From NCBI GenBank assembly GCA_009835325.1, contig VXWP01000083.1:46735-110734 (forward strand): a DNA stretch of 64,000 bases. Reading direction: 5' to 3'. The DNA is from Gemmatimonadota bacterium (GTDB lineage: Bacteria; JAAXHH01). Positions 59,100 to 64,000 of the stretch are shown piece by piece. The notes beneath the pieces were generated by a model, which worked only from the letters and a program-made list of their open reading frames with translations, did no database searches and was not told the origin of the DNA. How positions within the stretch are numbered: the first letter of the stretch is position 1; each line of letters opens with the position of its first letter. The translations under genes and the position numbers were made by a program.

Positions 59100-61279
59100 T
59101 CAAGCAGTGGCTGCTGTGGCTGTACGACAAGGGCCCATCCCGCATATCGGGGCAGCTGTATCTGGGCATCGGCGCGGCGGTAGCGCTTACCATGATGACC
59201 AGTATGGTGGCGTGGTTCGCCTTCAACGAGGTCGGCGAGGCCCAGCGCGAAGTAAACGAAGTCGCCGTACCAGAGATCGCGGCGGCCTTCGGCGTCGCCC
59301 AGCGGAGCGGAACGCTTGCGGCGGCCGCGCCGCGCCTGACGGCCGCTCAAACCCCTGAAGCGCTCGAATCCGTAACCGCGAGCATCTCCGAAGAACGGGA
59401 GAGTTTCGCGGTGCAGCTGGAAGCCATCGCCGGCTACGGCATGGAGGACGAACGCTTTCAACGCATCAGTGAGGCCGGCAACACGCTGATGTCGAATATC
59501 GCAATGATCGAGGAGTCCGTGGCCAGGCGCTTCGAGCTCCAGGAGCAGGGCCGGCAGCTTCGTCTTGAACTGGAACGGCTGCAATTCGAGCTGACGGGCA
59601 TTCTGGTCCCGGCGATCGACAACCAGTTGTTCTACACGGTAACGGGATACCGGGATATCGATCAACCGGTAGCGCCCCGCGAGGAATACCTCTCCGAAGA
59701 GGAACTGCAACGGTACAGGCACCTGGCCGATCTGCAGGCCGAGGCGACCGTCAGTACCCGGATCCTTTCCAACGTCTTCAACCTGTCCGATGCCGATCGA
59801 CTGGAACCCCTTCTGGAGCGCTTCGAGTCGGCCGATGGCGGCGTGGAGAGAAGCCTCGCCGGCCTGGGCACGACGCCCCTGCGGCAACGGCTCGAACCGG
59901 TATTCATCCAGCTCTTCGAACTGGGCAGCGGCCAGGGCAAGATCTTCGAGATTCGCGGCGAGGACCTGGACTTGATCGCCCAACAACGGGCTTTGATCGA
60001 GAATAACCGGGATCTGTCCGTCGAACTGGTGGCCGAGGTGGAAAGCCTCGTGAATTCGGCGCAGGAAAGTACGCAGGCCGCCACGATTGCGTCGACGGAG
60101 ACGATCCAGGTGGGCAGGCAGCTGCTCCTCGCCCTGAACGCGGTCAGCCTGACCGGCGCCCTGCTGATCGCGTGGCTGTTCGTCGGAAAGGTGCTGCTGC
60201 GCCGGCTGGAGTTTCTATCGGAACACATGCGGCGCATGGCGGGGGGTGATCTGAAGCAGAAAGTCGAACTGGACGGTCGCGACGAGGTGGCGGACATGGC
60301 TGCCGCGCTGGAAGTCTTCAGGCTTCACTCCATCGAAGCGCAAAGGCTGAACCTCGTGGAGAAGCTGGCCGAGGAACTGCGCGGAAAGAACGACGAGCTG
60401 GAGAGCACGCTGGCGGAACTCCAGAAGGCGCAGGACCAGATCGTCATGCGGGAGAAACTGGCGGCCCTCGGCGAGCTCACCGCGGGCGTGGCGCACGAGA
60501 TCCAGAACCCGCTGAACTTCGTCAAGAACTTCGCGGAGTCCTCGGAAGAACTCCTCGAGGAAATGAAGGAAGAACTCCCGGCGGCCGGCGGCACGATCGA
60601 TGAGGAGCAGGACGGACTGATCCGCGAGATCGGCGGCGACCTTACGGAAAACCTGCGTCGGATCCGGGAGCATGGCGAGCGGGCCAACCGGATTGTACGC
60701 GACATGCTCCAGATGGGCCGCGGTTCGGGAGAGAAGCAATCGACCGACGTAAATGCCCTGCTGGAAGAACACGCCCGCCTGGCCTACCACGCCGCACGGG
60801 CATCGAACGCAGACTTCCAGCTTGAAATCCACGAAGACTTTGAGTCCGATCTGGGCGAGATCGAGATCGTCTCCCAGGAAATGGCCCGGGTATTCCTGAA
60901 CATGGTGAACAACGCCTGTCACGCCACCAACGAGAAGCGGGAGGACCCGGACACGGAATCCGGTTACGTCCCCGGAATCTGGTTATCCACCCGCCGCGAG
61001 GAAGATCAGATCGTCGTCCGGATAAAGGACAACGGCAAGGGGATACCGTCCCACGTAATCGACAAGATCTTCAACCCCTTCTTTACCACCAAGCCTACCG
61101 ACGAGGGCACCGGCCTCGGTCTGGCCCTGTCGAACGATATCGTCCGGGAACACGGTGGTTCGATCGTGGTGGATTCTGAACCGGGCCAGTACACCGAAAT
61201 GGCCATCCGGCTACCTGTGGCCGCGGTCGAGACCGCGCCGGAAACCCCCGCCGCAACCCCTTCCGACCCATCAGCCTGA
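59096..61279 (+). CDS. Sensor histidine kinase (2 TM, large periplasmic domain, HAMP, HisKA, HATPase_c; no receiver)
   Basis: TM1 near residues 30-50 and TM2 near 340-365. HAMP (GDLKQKVELDGRDEVADMAAALEVF). H-box AHEIQNPLNF. G-boxes GTGLGLA. Confidence 0.85.
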   Translation: MIKQWLLWLYDKGPSRISGQLYLGIGAAVALTMMTSMVAWFAFNEVGEAQREVNEVAVPEIAAAFGVAQRSGTLAAAAPRLTAAQTPEALESVTASISEERESFAVQLEAIAGYGMEDERFQRISEAGNTLMSNIAMIEESVARRFELQEQGRQLRLELERLQFELTGILVPAIDNQLFYTVTGYRDIDQPVAPREEYLSEEELQRYRHLADLQAEATVSTRILSNVFNLSDADRLEPLLERFESADGGVERSLAGLGTTPLRQRLEPVFIQLFELGSGQGKIFEIRGEDLDLIAQQRALIENNRDLSVELVAEVESLVNSAQESTQAATIASTETIQVGRQLLLALNAVSLTGALLIAWLFVGKVLLRRLEFLSEHMRRMAGGDLKQKVELDGRDEVADMAAALEVFRLHSIEAQRLNLVEKLAEELRGKNDELESTLAELQKAQDQIVMREKLAALGELTAGVAHEIQNPLNFVKNFAESSEELLEEMKEELPAAGGTIDEEQDGLIREIGGDLTENLRRIREHGERANRIVRDMLQMGRGSGEKQSTDVNALLEEHARLAYHAARASNADFQLEIHEDFESDLGEIEIVSQEMARVFLNMVNNACHATNEKREDPDTESGYVPGIWLSTRREEDQIVVRIKDNGKGIPSHVIDKIFNPFFTTKPTDEGTGLGLALSNDIVREHGGSIVVDSEPGQYTEMAIRLPVAAVETAPETPAATPSDPSA

Positions 61280-61303
61280 ACAAGTTCGATGACCCGATAG
61301 TCC

Positions 61304-63532
61304 CTACCGGGTTCCGGGACGCCAGGAACGGAGCGTCAACGAGTTCAGAACGACGCTGACGCTGGAGCAAGCCATCATCGCCGCGGCGAATGCCGGGACG
61401 AGGAAACCCAGTGCCGCGAGGGGCAGTCCGATCACGTTGTAGATAAACGCCCAGAACAGATTCTGCTTGATTTTCCGAATCGTCTTCCGGCTCACGTCGA
61501 TCGCCCCGGCCACCAGGGTCGGATCGGGTCTCATCAGCGTGATCGCGGCCGTTTCCATGGCCACGTCCGTACCGGAGCCCATGGCGATCCCCACGGACGC
61601 ACGGGCGAGAGCGGGCGCGTCGTTGATCCCGTCTCCGACCATGCATACTTTGGCGCCGCTTTCCGACAGGCGGCTCACGATCCGCTCCTTTTCTTCCGGC
61701 GTAGCGGCGCCGTAGGTCGAGTCTATGCCGGCCTGCCGTCCGATACGCTCCACGACGGCCTCCGCGTCGCCGGATACCAGCAGGGGCTCGATCCCCAGCT
61801 TCCTGAGTCCATCCACCGCCAGGGCCGCATCGGGCCGCATCGCGTCGATGAGTTCGAATCGTGCGAGGAATGCACATCCGGCATCGGATCGGGATGCCAG
61901 CCAGACCAGGGTGGAACCCCCGCTATCGCGCGTACCGGGCGGCTCGATGCCCGGACAGCACTCATCGAAGAGCCTCCGGTTTCCCAGCAGGTAGCTCGCG
62001 CCTTCGATTTCTCCCCGGACCCCTTTCGCCACCACGCTCCTGAATCCACTTACATCGGCCAGGGCGATGTCCCGATCCGTGGCCGTGCGCAGAAACGCGG
62101 TGGCCAGGGGATGCTCGCTTCCCTGCTGCAGCGACGCGGCGATGCGAAGCAGATCGCTTTCGTTCCGCTCGGCCAGGGGCGTAACGGATGCGATGGCGGG
62201 CCGGCCTTCGGTCAGGGTGCCCGTCTTGTCGAAAACGACGTGCGTCAAGCCGTTGGCCTGCTCCAGGGATTCAATGTCCCTGATCAGAATGCCCGCCCGG
62301 GCCGCCACGCCCGCACCGGCCACGATGGCCGTCGGCGTCGCCAGGCCCAGCGCGCAGGGGCAGGCGATGACGAGGACGGAGACGGCATTGATCAGCGCAG
62401 GTTCAAGGCCGGCCCCCGACAGGACCCACGCGGCGAAGGTGATCAGGGCCAGGCCGACGACTGCCGGTACGAATACGGCGCTTACGCGATCCACCAAACG
62501 CTGGATGGCCGGCTTGGCAGCCTGTGCGCTTTCGACCAGGCGAATCACACGACCCAGCGTCGAATCGCTCCCTACGGCCCGGGCCTCGATCTCCAGGAAG
62601 CCATTGATGTTCATCGATCCGGCGATCACGGTGTCGGCCGGGTGTTTAGGCGCCGGGACACTCTCACCGGTGATGAGCGCTTCGTCGACTTCGGCCTCGC
62701 CCCGGAGCACGACGCCGTCCGCGGCCACCCGGTCGCCCGGACGGCAGATGACAACGTCCCCGGGCTGCAGGGCATGTACCGGCGTATCCCGCTCCGAGCC
62801 GTCCGCCGTGCGTACCCGCGCGGTAACCGGCCGGATCGCCAGCAGTTCCCGAATCGCCCGGCTCGCGCTGCGGCGCGCACGGCCTTCGATATGCTTGCCG
62901 ATGAGTACGAGGGTAATGATGATTGCGGAGGCTTCGAAGTAGAGTTGGCCCGCCGCGCCGGCGCCCAGGCGGTAAACAAGGTAGGCGCTGTACGCATAGG
63001 CCGAAGTGGTTCCCAGGGCCACCAGGACGTCCATGTTCGCGCCGCCGCCGCGCAGCGCGTGGAAAGCGCTCCGGTAGTAACGGGCGCCGATGCCGATCTG
63101 CAGCACGGTCGCGAGCGTCGCTTCCGCGTATACCGGCATGTGCCCGTCGAAACCGGTCCAGCTCCGCAGCAGCCCGGCCAGCATCTGCAGCAGAAAAGGA
63201 ATCGTTACGCAGATCGCGACGATCATGGCGACACGGTCCCGACGTGACTGTCCGGGGTCCGCTTCGGGCTCGTGGCGGTCGTCCTGAACAGCGGTCAGCC
63301 GGTACCCCGCGGCGGCCACGGGGCCGGACAACGCGTTGCCTTCCACGCCGGGCGCAACCGTCAGCGTCGCTCGTTCGAGGGCGAGGTTTACGTGGGCGGC
63401 AGCGACACCGGGGACCTGGGCGAGGACCTTCTCTACCCGCGCCGAGCAAGCGCTGCAGGTCATGCCCTCTACGTGGAATACGCGGGTTTCGGTATCCACG
63501 CCGAAATCCGTTCCCTGGGTGGAGGTCGACAT
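61304..63532 (-). CDS. copA: Heavy-metal (Cu+-type) translocating P1B-type ATPase
   Basis: N-terminal HMA GMTCSACSARVE, CPC motif in TM6 (IACPCALG), DKTGTLT, GDGINDAP. Length 742 aa. Confidence 0.9.
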   Translation of the reverse strand: MSTSTQGTDFGVDTETRVFHVEGMTCSACSARVEKVLAQVPGVAAAHVNLALERATLTVAPGVEGNALSGPVAAAGYRLTAVQDDRHEPEADPGQSRRDRVAMIVAICVTIPFLLQMLAGLLRSWTGFDGHMPVYAEATLATVLQIGIGARYYRSAFHALRGGGANMDVLVALGTTSAYAYSAYLVYRLGAGAAGQLYFEASAIIITLVLIGKHIEGRARRSASRAIRELLAIRPVTARVRTADGSERDTPVHALQPGDVVICRPGDRVAADGVVLRGEAEVDEALITGESVPAPKHPADTVIAGSMNINGFLEIEARAVGSDSTLGRVIRLVESAQAAKPAIQRLVDRVSAVFVPAVVGLALITFAAWVLSGAGLEPALINAVSVLVIACPCALGLATPTAIVAGAGVAARAGILIRDIESLEQANGLTHVVFDKTGTLTEGRPAIASVTPLAERNESDLLRIAASLQQGSEHPLATAFLRTATDRDIALADVSGFRSVVAKGVRGEIEGASYLLGNRRLFDECCPGIEPPGTRDSGGSTLVWLASRSDAGCAFLARFELIDAMRPDAALAVDGLRKLGIEPLLVSGDAEAVVERIGRQAGIDSTYGAATPEEKERIVSRLSESGAKVCMVGDGINDAPALARASVGIAMGSGTDVAMETAAITLMRPDPTLVAGAIDVSRKTIRKIKQNLFWAFIYNVIGLPLAALGFLVPAFAAAMMACSSVSVVLNSLTLRSWRPGTR

Positions 63533-63558
63533 GGCGCTGCTCGCGGTGCGGGGTGGTG

Positions 63559-64000
63559 CTAGTGGGAATGCAACGTGTCCAGCCCGTGCATGGTCTCGGA
63601 TTCGAAATGGAAAAGCGCGTACGCGAGACCGATGCCGATCAGGAAGGCCAGGATGAGAATGCCGCGGTCATGGCTGTGAAACTGGATCTCGGGGAGCAGG
63701 TCGCTCAGGGAGATGCACAGGAAAACACCGGCGGCGAAGGCCATGACGTACCCTATGACATGCATTTCGTCGAGTTGACTCAGGAGGCCGACGCCAAAAA
63801 AGGTCAATACAGTGACGAGCGGACAGAGCAGGGCGAATCCGATGTTGGTCAGCGTGCAGGCCCGGTTCTTGTAACCGGACACCCGCATCAGCCCGATGAT
63901 GGAGTACGCGTCCAGGGGCTTATGCATCATGATTGCCAGAAACACGCCCAGTCCCGCGAGCATTGTGCCCCCGTCGTGCATCAAGCCGACACGCATGCTG
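63559..64000 (-). CDS. Putative ZIP-family metal cation transporter, C-terminal part (start lies beyond the window end)
   Basis: Multi-TM hydrophobic protein with ZIP-like H-x-x-x-D/E motifs (MMHKPLDAY, SLSDLLPE) and a His-rich tail. Co-directional with and upstream of copA. Confidence 0.35.
   Translation of the reverse strand, partial: SMRVGLMHDGGTMLAGLGVFLAIMMHKPLDAYSIIGLMRVSGYKNRACTLTNIGFALLCPLVTVLTFFGVGLLSQLDEMHVIGYVMAFAAGVFLCISLSDLLPEIQFHSHDRGILILAFLIGIGLAYALFHFESETMHGLDTLHSH

Noticed and set aside
63559-64000. Alternative call of the terminal partial ORF as a CDF or CopZ-associated protein
   Set aside because: It has multi-TM topology and H-x-x-x-D/E motifs but lacks a CDF signature, so a ZIP-like call was kept at low confidence. 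It is truncated by the window edge.

Overview
This is a GC-rich (about 65-68%) chromosomal segment from a diderm (Gram-negative-type) bacterium. The phylum cannot be assigned from sequence alone; Gemmatimonadota-like or FCB-group-like is only a guess, based on the FlgD-Ig C-terminal domain and the sigma-54/HprK gene context. No mobile elements, CRISPR arrays, rRNA or tRNA genes were seen.

Gene content, in order:
- A partial pyruvate kinase, a sodium:solute symporter, and an MFS transporter fused to C-terminal HEAT repeats.
- A minus-strand operon of an arabinokinase-like GHMP sugar-1-kinase, a GalU-like NDP-sugar pyrophosphorylase and an RraA-like protein.
- A long collinear housekeeping supercluster: uvrD/pcrA, gatC, kdsB, kdsA, an lpxL-like acyltransferase, lptC, lptA-like, lptB, rpoN, hpf, hprK, ptsH and ptsI.
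- A phytanoyl-CoA-dioxygenase-family (PhyH) gene and a beta-propeller gene appended to that cluster.
- A Tat/lipoprotein TRAP-type binding protein, prs, a secreted protein with lamin-tail domains and a FlgD-Ig C-terminus, and gcvT.
- A minus-strand block: PfkB sugar kinase, isochorismatase-like hydrolase, IlvD/EDD-family dehydratase, a second PhyH, Ppx/GppA, a 2-hydroxyacid dehydrogenase and LD-carboxypeptidase.
- The most unusual module: a Tat-exported two-subunit FAD GMC oxidoreductase (gluconate-2-dehydrogenase-subunit-3-like small subunit plus GMC flavoprotein), followed by a Tat-exported class-II PLP aminotransferase, then a terminator and an MsbA-like ABC exporter.
- An HpcH/HpaI aldolase, a UxuA-family mannonate dehydratase next to an enolase-superfamily ManD-like dehydratase, and two cytoplasmic BNR/sialidase-like proteins.
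- An iscR-like Rrf2 regulator with the operon sufBCD-sufT-sufS.
- A divergent pair of further PhyH paralogs, giving four PhyH genes in the window.
- A five-gene signalling operon: STAS anti-anti-sigma, REC-PP2C phosphatase, RsbW-like kinase, LivK-like periplasmic binding protein and a sensor histidine kinase, with no sigma factor gene.
- A Cu-type P1B ATPase and a partial ZIP-like transporter.

Several intergenic regions carry short perfect tandem repeats of 14-44 bp with 2-3 copies, and several coding regions carry 18-bp in-frame tandem duplications. Many long antisense ORFs in the six-frame track are GC-rich frame artefacts and were ignored.
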